DNA of 58,748 nt, taken from Asterionella formosa (Eukaryota). Below the pieces are notes generated by a model that was not told the DNA's origin, did no database searches, and was given only the letters and a program-made list of their open reading frames with translations. Position numbers and translations under genes: made by a program. Position 1 is the first letter of the stretch; the number at the start of each line of letters is the position of its first letter. The stretch lies in assembly GCA_002256025.1 (NCBI GenBank), contig NKIB01013367.1, positions 1 to 58,748 on the forward strand. The letters run 5' to 3'. Shown here in pieces: positions 22,001 through 32,184 of this stretch.

Positions 22001-24078
22001 AGTGGGAAGATCACATTGAGCTTGTATCACAGAAGCAACTCTTACTGGATGACGCAAACGGTGACGGAGGCATCCCTGATGAAGAATTAGAGGCTATTGA
22101 TGTGCAGCTGAAGTACAAGGAAGCAAGAATCCGTCAGCTAGCTCAACGCCTTGGAAAGCAGGACCATAGCACAATAGAAACTGAGGAAAAGCAACCGAAG
22201 GACTTCCTTGGAGAGAAGAACTACAAATCTTTGTTTTGCAATGTTTCTCCTCAAACTGCTGTAGAGCAAACGTGTCGTGTGCTCTTTGGAATGGTAGTAA
22301 AGGAGCGACGTCGCGTAGCAGCGCTTGCAAGGACGGCTTCGACCCTTGATGAAAGGGCGACAACAGCAAGGAAAGAAGCCGCGGAGAAAGATGATGCTTT
22401 CCGTGCATACGTAGAAGAGGAGCGACACCAACGTGCTACTCTTGCACAAGAGCAACAAGAGCAAATTCTGTCATTGATGGAAATGGTGAAGCAGGAAAAC
22501 AGATTATCTGACAAAGTCGATCAAGCGTTGACTGTCCCCGTCGTGCCGTCGGGACAGTCGAGAGTGATGGTCCTGGCGAACGAGCGCAACGAGGCGCTGG
22601 AACGACAGCTTCTGGAGCTTCAGGGCGAAAGGAAGGCTACCGAGATGTACAAAAAAGAAGCAACAGAGACTTCCAAAGCTTTGGTAATGAAGAACGAGGA
22701 ATGTGACGAACTTCATCTGCAACTAAATTCATTGCGATTATCTCTTCGGCAAATCAGAGAAGCCTTAACCAATCAAAAAGTCGATAGTGGTATTGAAACA
22801 AGTGATTGTAAGCCTTATTATTCCGGTACCGAAGATAATCATGAAGTTATTGAGCTTGTTTTGGATGCGTTGCGCGACTGGCCTGGGGACCGATTGAAGA
22901 CTTTAAACCAAAATTTACCTCTCGAAAGAGGTAAAACTGTGTCAACTAGTTACAATCGACATTGCGAAGGTATACACACAAGCGATAGCGAAGGCGACGA
23001 AGAAATTCCGTTGTGGGCCGGAGATATAATGGCTGATTTAGCCGTCATCGCAGAGGGAGAAATTCCAGATGCGTTGTTAAACTCCTCGACTTTCGCCGAC
23101 TTCAGTCAACCGCCAAAAGAAAAGAATTCTTCAAGCGTTTTCGATCGCTTGACAAACCCCAATAACTTCACCGGCGTGCAAAAACAAAAGTCCGTTGGTC
23201 GCGTGGGAAGCCAGAGAGCAAAACAAGAGCGCAAGGATCTGGCTCGCAAGATTTCTGACAACTTGGAAAAAGTTGTCGTCCCAGACTTGAAGTCGGCATC
23301 TGAGGATGTTACGGGAGAAATCATTGCAGAAGGAGCTAGTGGAGACCCAGAGTCAAAACCAATCACTGTTCCCCAAAACATTTCGTCGGATGCCGTTGAA
23401 AAGACTGAACGTCGTTCGGTGTTTGATCGGCTTTTGAGTCCGTCAGCGTACACAGGCACTCAAAAGGAGCGAATTCATAGAACCCAAAAAATTCAACTCA
23501 CTGACGATGAAGAAGACACGGATCAGCTTCTCAATGACATTCTTGCAAGTGACAGCGAGGTTGGCGTGGATCACAACGAGCGTGACATCACTGCTCAGAT
23601 TGCAGAAAAAGTGGCTGAGTATACTCAGCAAAATGTTTTTGAGCGGCTTCAGACAACGACGACTCGATCATACGCTGGTAAGCACGGCAAGATGAGCCTA
23701 ACAGCTAATCGTACTTTCACCTCAAGTCCAGTAAGAGCGCTTGTTTCTGATGGGGATTTGGGCCTTGCTCCATCTTTGGATCCTTTGATAGAGTATACCA
23801 GTCAGAACGTTTTTACACGCCTTCAGAAGACCGAAACACAAGCTTATGCTAAGAAGAAAAGCAGCACCCAACAGGTCGCGACCCAGAAACAGGAGACAGG
23901 GAGACAAATAATTTCTGTGCGCTGTGAATCGGAGGAGTTGATCGACAACGATGATGCCTATGATTTCCTGGGACGGGATAATATTGAACCAAATGTGTTC
24001 AAGCGCCTCCAGAAAACGACAACGCAATCGTTTGCAGGCAAGCATGGGGGTAACACCGAAGAAAGATGTGATACATAA
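19039..24078 (+). CDS. Kinesin-4-like motor (KIF4/KIF21/KIF27 type) with long coiled coil and repeat-containing tail
   Basis: 1679 aa. VAVRVRP, AYGQTGSGKT (P-loop), NSTSSRSHA, FVDLAGSER, VPYRDSKLTRLL..SLGGN, LRYANRAKNIQN. Extended heptad region follows. Confidence 0.95.
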   Translation: MIESSSSSLSSSVQVAVRVRPMLASEAGSTQCIETLQSSLDREANVVRIGGPSGPTFSFDQAFDGQSPQEFVFQSRVAPLIERCLEGYNATVLAYGQTGSGKTHTIMGPSTALQDGESAGLIPRAVRTLFDSLQKQSVDTVGKEQPHDLEMDQTVYDYEVRVQFLELYGETIRDLLTPKPSSEKLTIRDIGNEEPEVLGATQQRVDSADEALLCLTRGMLRRVTAETAMNSTSSRSHAILSVMVQQTSTFDGYTQVKRSKFSFVDLAGSERLKRTQAQGQRMKEGVDINKGLLVLGNVISALGDETKQGKTFVPYRDSKLTRLLKGSLGGNHKTLMIACVSPSSNNLEESLNCLRYANRAKNIQNNAVVNVDAGSRLVSELRCTIQLLAKDLLRIRRGGDKLQSDSMTEEMLEKLSNGDGGALISSNPSIPVNSIFAPESCFSAGDVRRKEMEIELERTNSVLLQTTEDLLLTKNELLKTRAKQEKYSFQIENTNDATVCTSTPLHSDLADHDMNKRLTDSEFELFQTKDILRETNKELQSTTEDLFIARAEREMYRLRLNAGNPTDIETAFLERAARYEAEISSLKDAHEKRGLNASIDHDGSITLDSAKSSNEKRAQLLTQLQNELLSSISPEKRKPIIPINPDSPELLRLRSMVLLSISPTDQLDAEEKAEQAELVSITTKFLDEDDERGSNAIRQEEESLSKEGSERHRQLIEASLLELTNSIDEKETLIEQLQRSEEKYADMRDFYEEKLKQMVLQVRERESEREALVRELEEREAIKGDTKDLQVRLKEKETHISALKKRQMELMGLTKVSSRNEHEINRLRQDVITMKQKKVEMQKLFSQERKSHVGEIQRLKKEALQLDREVNKWKKISDKKTFEAEMAHKVSKTHLEQIGQLRAKYKEAERNQRVRTVKRGVMEKAGLDPVLIGSRQIIKSVTDANGKRGARTSPRIVEPDLASVRDFLDQKVAEIGRKEALADKLANEWEDHIELVSQKQLLLDDANGDGGIPDEELEAIDVQLKYKEARIRQLAQRLGKQDHSTIETEEKQPKDFLGEKNYKSLFCNVSPQTAVEQTCRVLFGMVVKERRRVAALARTASTLDERATTARKEAAEKDDAFRAYVEEERHQRATLAQEQQEQILSLMEMVKQENRLSDKVDQALTVPVVPSGQSRVMVLANERNEALERQLLELQGERKATEMYKKEATETSKALVMKNEECDELHLQLNSLRLSLRQIREALTNQKVDSGIETSDCKPYYSGTEDNHEVIELVLDALRDWPGDRLKTLNQNLPLERGKTVSTSYNRHCEGIHTSDSEGDEEIPLWAGDIMADLAVIAEGEIPDALLNSSTFADFSQPPKEKNSSSVFDRLTNPNNFTGVQKQKSVGRVGSQRAKQERKDLARKISDNLEKVVVPDLKSASEDVTGEIIAEGASGDPESKPITVPQNISSDAVEKTERRSVFDRLLSPSAYTGTQKERIHRTQKIQLTDDEEDTDQLLNDILASDSEVGVDHNERDITAQIAEKVAEYTQQNVFERLQTTTTRSYAGKHGKMSLTANRTFTSSPVRALVSDGDLGLAPSLDPLIEYTSQNVFTRLQKTETQAYAKKKSSTQQVATQKQETGRQIISVRCESEELIDNDDAYDFLGRDNIEPNVFKRLQKTTTQSFAGKHGGNTEERCDT

Positions 24079-24333
24079 GGCAGGGACATGTGGTGATTGC
24101 AAGAAGGCGATCGAGTTTGGCGAGACCGCCTTAAGCATTCCCCATTTGAATACGACATAAGTTATGAAACGAAATTGCATCAATTCTTACGCTTTCCGTC
24201 GTTTCCTGCGTGCACATCTTTTGCTTGTACTTTACTATTTCGGCGCATATGCCACATTACACGCAATATTGATCAGGGTCTTCCTTGACGGACATTTATG
24301 GTGAAATGGCTCGCTGAATCGCCCACTGCATGG

Positions 24334-25866
24334 TCATATCTGCACAATATCCTCAACAGATGTAATCATGCAGTAATTCAAGAACGTTATTGGTGCGAGG
24401 AATAGTTGCACCTGCAAGCTCATAACAAAGCCACTGTACACGAGTAGCTCTGGCAACAAATGTTCTGGATCTCCAACGGCAAAACCAAAGATCACCGCGT
24501 TCATGTCCCTGGGTAGATTTTGCGTGGTAAAGAATACAAGAAATGAGACACAATGTTTGATGTTTTGATGGATAATCGATACAGTTCTGGTCTGCCAGCT
24601 CCAACCGTTCCAAAAAGCTCGTCGTGATGAGTTCTTGGGGGAGTCTCTAAGCAGCGACTCCAGTGATTTGAAAACGATTGGAGTCGAGTCAAAGAATTGT
24701 CGGAGTTTTTGGCTCTCAATTTGTGGAGGCAGCAATCGTGGCTCGCCAGCGGAAAAATCCAGAATAAGGTTGGTACAATCATAGCCTTCACTTCATTTGT
24801 CTTCCAAAAGTTAAAGAGTGACCAGCCTAGACAAAGAGCTTGGGTAGCGAGTGTAGACAAGAATACAAATTCATTGGGTTCAGAAAAAAGTACCCACTTG
24901 ATTCATACGCATTTGGCGACGCAGCATTAACGACATCATGAGATAGGTCTACCGCATTGGCAACTGCAAGCGCTTGAATGATAGGAAGCCACACTAGAGG
25001 CGATAGTTCCACGGTCTCGTTAAGATTGTAGGCAAGCACCTCTTTGGCATAGGCTTCCATAGAAAATTTCTGAGGAAGTCAATACTTTGTTACCAGTCGT
25101 TCTCGGACAACTAACGACACTGCTCTCTGAGAACGTGAGTTATTTTTGAGTTCCCTCACGACAAGACTTTCTTAGTTCTTCCAACGCGTCAATATCGGAT
25201 AAATCCGTTTCACCTGTACTCCCAACGATGGAATCTGTTTGAAGTATATCAAGAAGTTTTTTCTGTGTTGCTGTAAACTAGCCTGCGTTATCAAGTTCAT
25301 ATCATCAAATGTCCCTAATCTGCTTCAGATTCATCATTATAATGGTCACCATAACTCCTAACACAACAAAGAAGGCAGTACCTACCTGAAAAAAGGCTGC
25401 GTGGAGAAACTCAAAGTTTCGAGAAGAATTTCCTGTTGGTCAACTACACTTCACTTGCCTTTGAGATCGCCCCACCAATCGAGTCGAGCGACATTTCCAG
25501 AACCAAACCCAAGCCCTTCGATTTCCGCCAACATGGACTCGATGACAAGGAGCAACGTCTTTGGAGTCTTGGCTCTTGCTGTCGCCACAGCAGTTTCCCA
25601 AAAGTACAGCAAGAAAATAATGGTCAACATGACTGATTGTCATGGACCAACAGACAGGCTAATGTAGTATAGGATCTATTGCGCCATCACCAGAAGTCAG
25701 CTCCGCGACGGTGCCTTCGAGATGAGTAGTAGTTGCAGCATGGGCGGACAAATCACGGACCGTTGCAACATGACTTGTTGATTGGCGCAAACGTGCCGGC
25801 ACCAGAAAAGACTGTACAATTGGTGACAAGACAGAGATAGTGAGGGCGTACCTGAGGGAGTTCTTT
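24334..25866 (-). pseudogene. Disrupted multi-pass membrane protein gene, MLO-like
   Basis: Protein-like text continues across several frameshifts and stops: signal peptide plus VQS-FLVP; LTIIFLLYFWETAV...VIESMLAEIEGLGF; EFLHAAFFQVG; LNETVELSP.VWLP; HDELF; several hydrophobic helices. These recall MLO-family 'L..(I/M).EL..LGF' and 'LH..(I/F)F' motifs. Confidence 0.5.
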
Positions 25867-26005
25867 TCTTTGGTGGTTGAATGACCTATCGGTAGTTGAA
25901 AAAGTGATTCGTTAATTATTTGTTCTCTCATACTGGGCGCGCTCTGATAATAAAAAATTATTATATCATGTGTATAATAACACAAATCGTTGTACCCATA
26001 ACCCC

Positions 26006-26076
26006 AAAATTTGTGTTTGTCTTGACCAAATTTGGTAAACCTGGTACCAAATTTGGTCAACACAAACACAAATTTT
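26006..26076. repeat. Near-perfect hairpin with 32 bp arms (1 mismatch) and a 7 nt loop
   Basis: AAAATTTGTGTTTGTCTTGACCAAATTTGGTA-AACCTGG-TACCAAATTTGGTCAACACAAACACAAATTTT. Each arm contains the palindrome ACCAAATTTGGT. Confidence 0.95.
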
Positions 26077-26639
26077 TTACAGTTATAAATAACAGTGCAT
26101 TATATAAAAAGATGTTTAGACATGAATGACTATATAGAATTTCCTGGAATATTTCAAGACTTGCTTGCTCATACTCAAAATGGCTTGCTCTTGCCAAAAT
26201 AGGTATGCATATACATATGCATATTGTTACATATCAATCAATCTCCTTAATAAATCGATCGTCATCGCTTTTAGATTTCGGCCATGTCTTCATCTTCTTC
26301 TGGACTGGTCAAAGGAGAGCAGCCAGGGAGGGCTTCCCTTCCTCTCCAAGGCTGCTTGAACGTCGCCGTCACCAGCAACAAGAACAACAAGAACAGACTC
26401 AACCAGAAGAAGAGGAGGAGGAGGACGACGACAATGAAGATGACACTGGTGCTGATTAGTTTGCCAGTGACGATGAGGACAGTAGGATAGGTGTCCCAGG
26501 TGTTTCTCAGATTGGTGTTTCTGGGGTTACTCAGTCCCCATCAAGGAACAACAACGATTTTTCACGTGCTCCTACTAGTTCAGTTTCAAGAACAGCAACT
26601 GCCAGGCGAGCACCAACGATTCCAAGAGCTCGCCGAAGC

Positions 26640-27482
26640 ATGCAGAGTCAGGGTCAACAGTTCAGGATCAATGAGATTCTCTCATTGCTGGAAGCCATTT
26701 CTACTCACCTGCCAATTGGGTCCCATGAATGGGAAGTTGTTGCATCACAGCACAACGAGAATTTCCCAGACAAACAACAGACAGGAACTTCACTTCGCCG
26801 AAAGTTTTCACAGCTGCACAAAGTTAAGAAACCAACTGGGGACCCAACATGCCCTGCTGTGAAGAGATATGCCAAACAAATTTTTCGAAGAATCGAGCAA
26901 CGAGCAGATGCAAGTGCTGAGATTGAATCCACTGATCTTGGAATAGAGAGAGAGCCCAATGAGCCCAATATTAATGAGCCAAATGTTGATGATGATTTTA
27001 TAGCGATTTCTGGGGAGAGTGAAGACATTGGTGGAGCAACATCTGCCGCTTATGCTAACTTTTATGGTTCAAGATTTCCTCGAACTAGTATGGTGTCCCC
27101 TCGATTTAGAGATAAGGCAGTGTCGAGCAATACTGGGCCTGTTGAGAAAGTGCTTTCTCTTCTTTCAACACAGTTGATTCACAAGGCTACTCGAACTGAT
27201 ACTGATAACCTGCAGCAGCAACAACTGCAGCAACAGAACATGATGAACATGATGATGATGTCAATCATGGCATCATTGTTGAATCATGGGGTATCTCAAA
27301 CAACCACCTCCACTGACAGTGCCAATCCCACTCGCAATTATGAATTCAATTATTGCCTCAAACATGATTTCAATGCAGCAAACAATGCAAAGCCAAAATC
27401 TAACCTCAACAGCAGGTGCCAATGCACAACAAACTTTGTCTGCCTCAACTCAATGTCAAACACCGAAAAACAACAGTGGTAG
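26640..27482 (+). pseudogene. Harbinger-associated Myb/SANT-like DNA-binding ORF (frameshifted upstream and near the 3' end)
   Basis: LPIGSHEWEVVA.QH....P....GTSLRRKF.QL....KPTGDPTCP...YAKQI...I motif and a Gln/Met-rich tail. Acidic upstream fragments lie at 26205-26640. Confidence 0.7.
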
Positions 27483-27578
27483 CAGTAGTAGTGATGATGA
27501 ATAACCTTAAATTAATTCATTCTAATATAATGTGAAAGAAGTGATGCTAAATAATCATGAAGGAATAATTTCTTTGAA

Positions 27579-28766
27579 TTACATGGCATATCTATTTGCA
27601 TTCCTATGCAAATAGGGCATATACACTGAAGCAATTTGGTTCTGACCAACTTTGCTAGCACGAAAGTTGTAGAGCAATACAATCATTTGGAGAATAAAAT
27701 GTCTCTCATCTTTTCCTCATAACGAAATTTGTCTTTGATTCTCGGAATTGATCCCTGAAGGTGTCGCATTCCCCATTCCGACAGCTGTCGGATGGAGGTG
27801 GCTTGGCGATTCATACCAAATCTTTGTTGAGGATTACCATTTGCATCAACATTGCATTTGATTTTTTAGATGCAAATGCTGAATCCACAACTACTTTTTT
27901 GCCTGTATCCCTGTAAACTTTTTCAATCTGATCATAGATCGATGACCAAATTGCCATGGTGGAGTCATGTAGAACACCAGGTGCATTGAAATATGAGCAG
28001 CGAATTTTTCCATCAGGCGAAAAAAGAAACAAGTTTGTCGCATAGTGTTCATGGGTCCATCCATTGTAGAAGTTGTTCTCCTGTGTTTCATTTCCAGCCT
28101 GTTGCAGGGTCAGTTTCAGACCATCCATTGCTCCCCAACAATTTGTTATAAGTGGGTATTTCTGATTGATCATGGTTGCAAACAAGGTGGCTTCGTCTGC
28201 AGTAGGCAGTCTCACAACGGCATCTTCATGTGTCAGCAGTATTTTTACAATCATTCGCCTTGAAAACCTCAACCAAACACTCAAGGAACCATGAGTTAAT
28301 TCGAAAATAATCTGAAGAATCATATAGGAACCACGAGTCCTGGTCCATGCTAACCCAAGTGCTAGACAACTGATGGAACAGAGGTATCTTTGCCGACCTT
28401 GTTTCTTTGTTGTTGAATTTCTAACAATGAAATCCGTGTTTTTCCTACAGGGAGTAAAGGAGTAAAAACAAGGTTTGAACAGCTGGTTTAGGAGCTCGAA
28501 AGAAGCATGGTCAAACCCACACAAGGTAATCAGAGCATCATCATGCTTGCTGTTGAACAAAGTCCAGAATGGACTCGATAATGGATGCTGTAGTGCGTGG
28601 TGACGGATTTTGCCACATCTTGCTTCTTCTGAGTGACCTCATCAACAGTCAAACTTTCCCTGAACGATGGCGTCCTATTTACTGGTGGATAGCACATTGC
28701 TAACAGTAGCAATGTGATCATAATGTCATCATCATCATCATCAGGAGATGAGATGAAAGTCGACAT
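27579..28766 (-). pseudogene. Harbinger DDE transposase, frameshifted
   Basis: WGAMDGLKL, NFYNGWTHEHY..NLFLFSPDGKI....NAPG..HDS, VVVDSAF. After a frameshift: ATSIRQLSEWGMRHLQGSIPRIK...LYNFR..KVGQNQI..VY; stop at 27579-81. Confidence 0.88.
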
Positions 28767-29294
28767 GGTCAGTGACCGACGATGATGAATATATAGAACT
28801 CATGCATATAATGAACAAGAGGCGGCATAGCATACAAGAGGATGCATCAATATGAAAATTTAACTGTTGAAAATGAAAGTTAAAAATATATAAATAAAGA
28901 ACAATGCACTACATCCCGGTATATCGTAGGAAGTGCAACACACAGTGCCTGGTACTAAACCGGTACCTGGTACCGTAGTGTAGAATGAACTTCAACGGGC
29001 GTAACTACCGTACTCAAAAATCATTAACAATCAAAATAACGGTAGTATACCAGTAAACTTAGGAAGACGGTTCTCAATCTTCCCGTCGTTCTCTACATAC
29101 AGTGTGTTATTTCCTTTTTTGCCAAGTGGAACATCCGCATTGTCGGTGGGTGATCACGTTGCCGACCATTTCAATTACTTTTCTGCAGGAAAAATAATAT
29201 ATATCATTATTCTCGCTGGCGGTGTTGTACCAGGCCACCATCAGCTCGTACTCCTCGTCAAGATCTTTATCAAAGTCTCCTATTTCCAGCATCA

Positions 29295-31643
29295 ATGCGG
29301 ACTATCAGAAGTAGTTATTGTGTGCTTTTTGGTTTGCTTCTGTTGGCACTGGCAGTTGTCCCTCCAGTCAGAAGCAGATCCAATCCGATCGCACCGACGT
29401 TGAATCCACCGCCGAATATAGCGCATATTAACGAGACAGCCACCGATAGAATAGGTAAAAAACGTCGGAAACGATCAAGCCGTGCGGATACTGGTTTGAA
29501 TGAGGACGAATTTACCACAAATGTAACAGCGGAGCTCAACGACGAAGGACTCACCAACGAGTCAATACATTCAGCAACAAGTAGTGAAACCAAACAAAAG
29601 AAGAGACGGAAAAGGCACAGGCATGCCGGTAATAATATCGATAAAAAATCTGCACTTCCAGAGGGAACTACTTTGAGTTTAGAGCCTGTCACGGTTGGCG
29701 TCGAATCTGAGTTGGATCTTCTTCGCGAAGCCGAGATGGATAAGGAATCGGTGGATGCTGTTGAAGTATTGGTTCAAAGCCGGATCGATATGCAAGACGA
29801 AGAGAAAGCAGATTCGGGATCACTCGAATTATTGAAAAATTTTATCACTAACAATTCCTCGGATCCAACAGACTTTCTATCGTCAGAGGCAGTGGCGGAG
29901 TCTCAACACCTAGAAAATCAGTTCTCGATAAAAGAAGAATGCCCGACAAATGCTGCAGGAGCTAACGATAATTTAGTAGATGATTCAAAGGAATCAGATA
30001 CAACACATGAAGACGACAAGGACGAAAGATCTAACGAAAATTTAGTGGAAAATGCTAAGGAATCCGACACAAGCCATGAAACTGACAACAATGAAGGAGT
30101 TGCCGAAAATTTAGTAGCAGATAGCAAAGAATCAGACACTATCCACGAAGCTGATAAGAACGAACCACAAGTTCCACCAGCTACAGAGCTTGAATCGGAG
30201 GAAATCGAAAATATCCAAGATGATGACAAAAACAAAACCGAAGGCCATCAGGCTGCGAAAATCTATGACAGTAGCGAGCCTATGGAGAAAAATAGCGATG
30301 AAGAATTAGGTGGCGAAGACGAAAGTGAGAGCGCGCATAAGGAACAGGAATCTCTGAAGGAATGTGAAGTTCCTGATGCTGACGAAGCTAATTCGATACC
30401 CATGAAGAATGAAAGAAGTGTTGTTCCCGAATATGGCGAGGAATCCGAGGAAATAACGATTGTCGAGGCTGATACACAGTCTCTGTCATTGTGCGAGGAT
30501 GATGAGAGTGATCTCACAGTGTCTGTCGTTACTTGGAACTTAGCTGAGCTTTCCGTTATTGAAAACGAGACAACGTTTTTGAAAAAGTTTCGAAAGACGC
30601 GAAGATGTGCTCAAGGCTCCGAAGATGGCAGTGACATCGTCCTAATTTCTGGACAAGAATGCGAAAACATCAAACCACGCAGATCCGAAGGGCATCGTTC
30701 AAGGGAGTATCGTAGACTTATGATCAAGATGCTTGGTAAGAAATATGTGCCACTTGCTATTCACAGCCTGGGCGGTATTCAATTCGGTCTTTTCTGCAAG
30801 CGTTCCATCTTAAGTGATGTTGAGTTTTGTAGTATCGCAGACGTGACTTGCGGCATTGGCAATGTTTTTCACAATAAGGGAGCTGTTGCAGCTTTCCTAA
30901 AGCTGAAGGCTAGAGAACGTGCTTCGGATAGCGGAGGTCCAAAAAGGGCCAAATCTGTGACGATGCTGTTCGTTACCGCTCACATGGCAGCACATGTCAA
31001 CAACGTGGAGGCTAGAAACATGGACTATTGGAGAATTGCCAGCGAGCTCGAAGCGCAAGCTCCACCCCAGTTCTTGCTGCCGAAGAATCAAGATTCTCCT
31101 CCCAAAAACGGACAAGTAAAGGAGGAGGGCAGCGGATCCTATCTAATGGAATCTGTGGACCGTGTATTTTTCTGTGGTGATCTCAATTATAGACTGGATT
31201 TGCCAAGGGAGGTTGCAGAATTTACCGTTTCAGAAATAAAACGGTTAATTGACTCAAAAGCCACTGAAGCAATTAAGAAAGCGGACAAGCTACGACTGGA
31301 GCTCATGCGACATGATCAGCTCCACCATGCGATATCAGAGAATGCGGTTTTCCCCGGCTTCTCGGAGGGTAAGATTAGTTTCGCGCCAACTTTCAAGTTT
31401 GACAAGGGTACAAATGACTATGATACCTCACATAAACAGCGAATACCCGCTTGGACCGATAGGGTTCTTTTCAAACCATTTGGAGTGCGAGTGCTAGAGT
31501 ATATGAGTGAAGAAGATGCAATGCATTCAGATCATCGCCCAGTCCATGCAACCTTTCGAGTAAGTATGCAAGCACGAGAGCTGTTACAGGGAGGCAAGAA
31601 GAATCGAAGTCGAACGAAACCCTCAAGATCGTTTCAAGAATAA
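29295..31643 (+). CDS. Inositol polyphosphate 5-phosphatase with N-terminal signal/anchor and acidic disordered region
   Basis: 782 aa. Catalytic motifs VTWNL, SGQE, NKGAV, HMAAH, GDLNYR, HDQL, PTFKFD, RIPAWTDRVLF, SDHRPV. Confidence 0.93.
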   Translation: MRTIRSSYCVLFGLLLLALAVVPPVRSRSNPIAPTLNPPPNIAHINETATDRIGKKRRKRSSRADTGLNEDEFTTNVTAELNDEGLTNESIHSATSSETKQKKRRKRHRHAGNNIDKKSALPEGTTLSLEPVTVGVESELDLLREAEMDKESVDAVEVLVQSRIDMQDEEKADSGSLELLKNFITNNSSDPTDFLSSEAVAESQHLENQFSIKEECPTNAAGANDNLVDDSKESDTTHEDDKDERSNENLVENAKESDTSHETDNNEGVAENLVADSKESDTIHEADKNEPQVPPATELESEEIENIQDDDKNKTEGHQAAKIYDSSEPMEKNSDEELGGEDESESAHKEQESLKECEVPDADEANSIPMKNERSVVPEYGEESEEITIVEADTQSLSLCEDDESDLTVSVVTWNLAELSVIENETTFLKKFRKTRRCAQGSEDGSDIVLISGQECENIKPRRSEGHRSREYRRLMIKMLGKKYVPLAIHSLGGIQFGLFCKRSILSDVEFCSIADVTCGIGNVFHNKGAVAAFLKLKARERASDSGGPKRAKSVTMLFVTAHMAAHVNNVEARNMDYWRIASELEAQAPPQFLLPKNQDSPPKNGQVKEEGSGSYLMESVDRVFFCGDLNYRLDLPREVAEFTVSEIKRLIDSKATEAIKKADKLRLELMRHDQLHHAISENAVFPGFSEGKISFAPTFKFDKGTNDYDTSHKQRIPAWTDRVLFKPFGVRVLEYMSEEDAMHSDHRPVHATFRVSMQARELLQGGKKNRSRTKPSRSFQE
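29970..30164 (+). repeat. Three in-frame 69 bp (23 aa) repeats in the 5-phosphatase
   Basis: NLV..(S/A)KESDT.HE.D units start at 29970, 30039 and 30108. Confidence 0.9.
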
Positions 31644-32184
31644 ACAAATACTTGTACAATTAACAAATAGAGGTAAGCTCGTATGATCGCTGGGATGATA
31701 TCTCTTATTTTTTCAGCTTCCGATTCATCTCGTCTCTCGGAAATCGACTTTTTCGGTTCTGCTTAATTTATAGCTTGGTACGCAGTCATGGAAGATATTG
31801 AAGGCTAACTGGGACACATGACAGTCCTACTCTTGGCTGTCGTCCTATTTGTAAACTGGCGAACTTCTCTATCTGCCTAAACTCAGAACCCATAACAATT
31901 GGTGTGACTGCGAATGCATATGACAGGAGATCCTGCACAACAGTAATGTCAAATCCTTCGAACAAATCTTAGTCGATAGCTGTAGAATGTGTGTGCCTTC
32001 AAACCAGGCAAACAGTGTAGGTAAAATAAAAAGATACGCTAAATGTTAATAACAAAAACCACGCATTGATGGAGTACACAAAGTCTCCCTAACCTCGCCT
32101 GGAATCAACCGTTCGCAGAAACCGAATGCTGCTGATCGATTCAATTCCAAGACCTCTGACACCACTTAAGCCCCAAAAAACCAT

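Larger units (their letters stand above)
26200..28800. mobile_element. PIF/Harbinger-like DNA transposon with two convergent genes; decayed, termini not identified
   Basis: A plus-strand Myb/SANT-like ORF and a minus-strand DDE nuclease ORF converge at ~27500-27580. Confidence 0.8.

Noticed and set aside
19043..24290. Many short ORFs overlapping or antisense to the kinesin and other long genes
   Set aside because: They are shadow ORFs with no motifs.
25900..29100. TIRs and 3 bp TSD for the Harbinger element
   Set aside because: The candidate left end GGGCGCGCTCTGATAA (25935) has no inverted match near 28800-29100, so the termini are left undefined.
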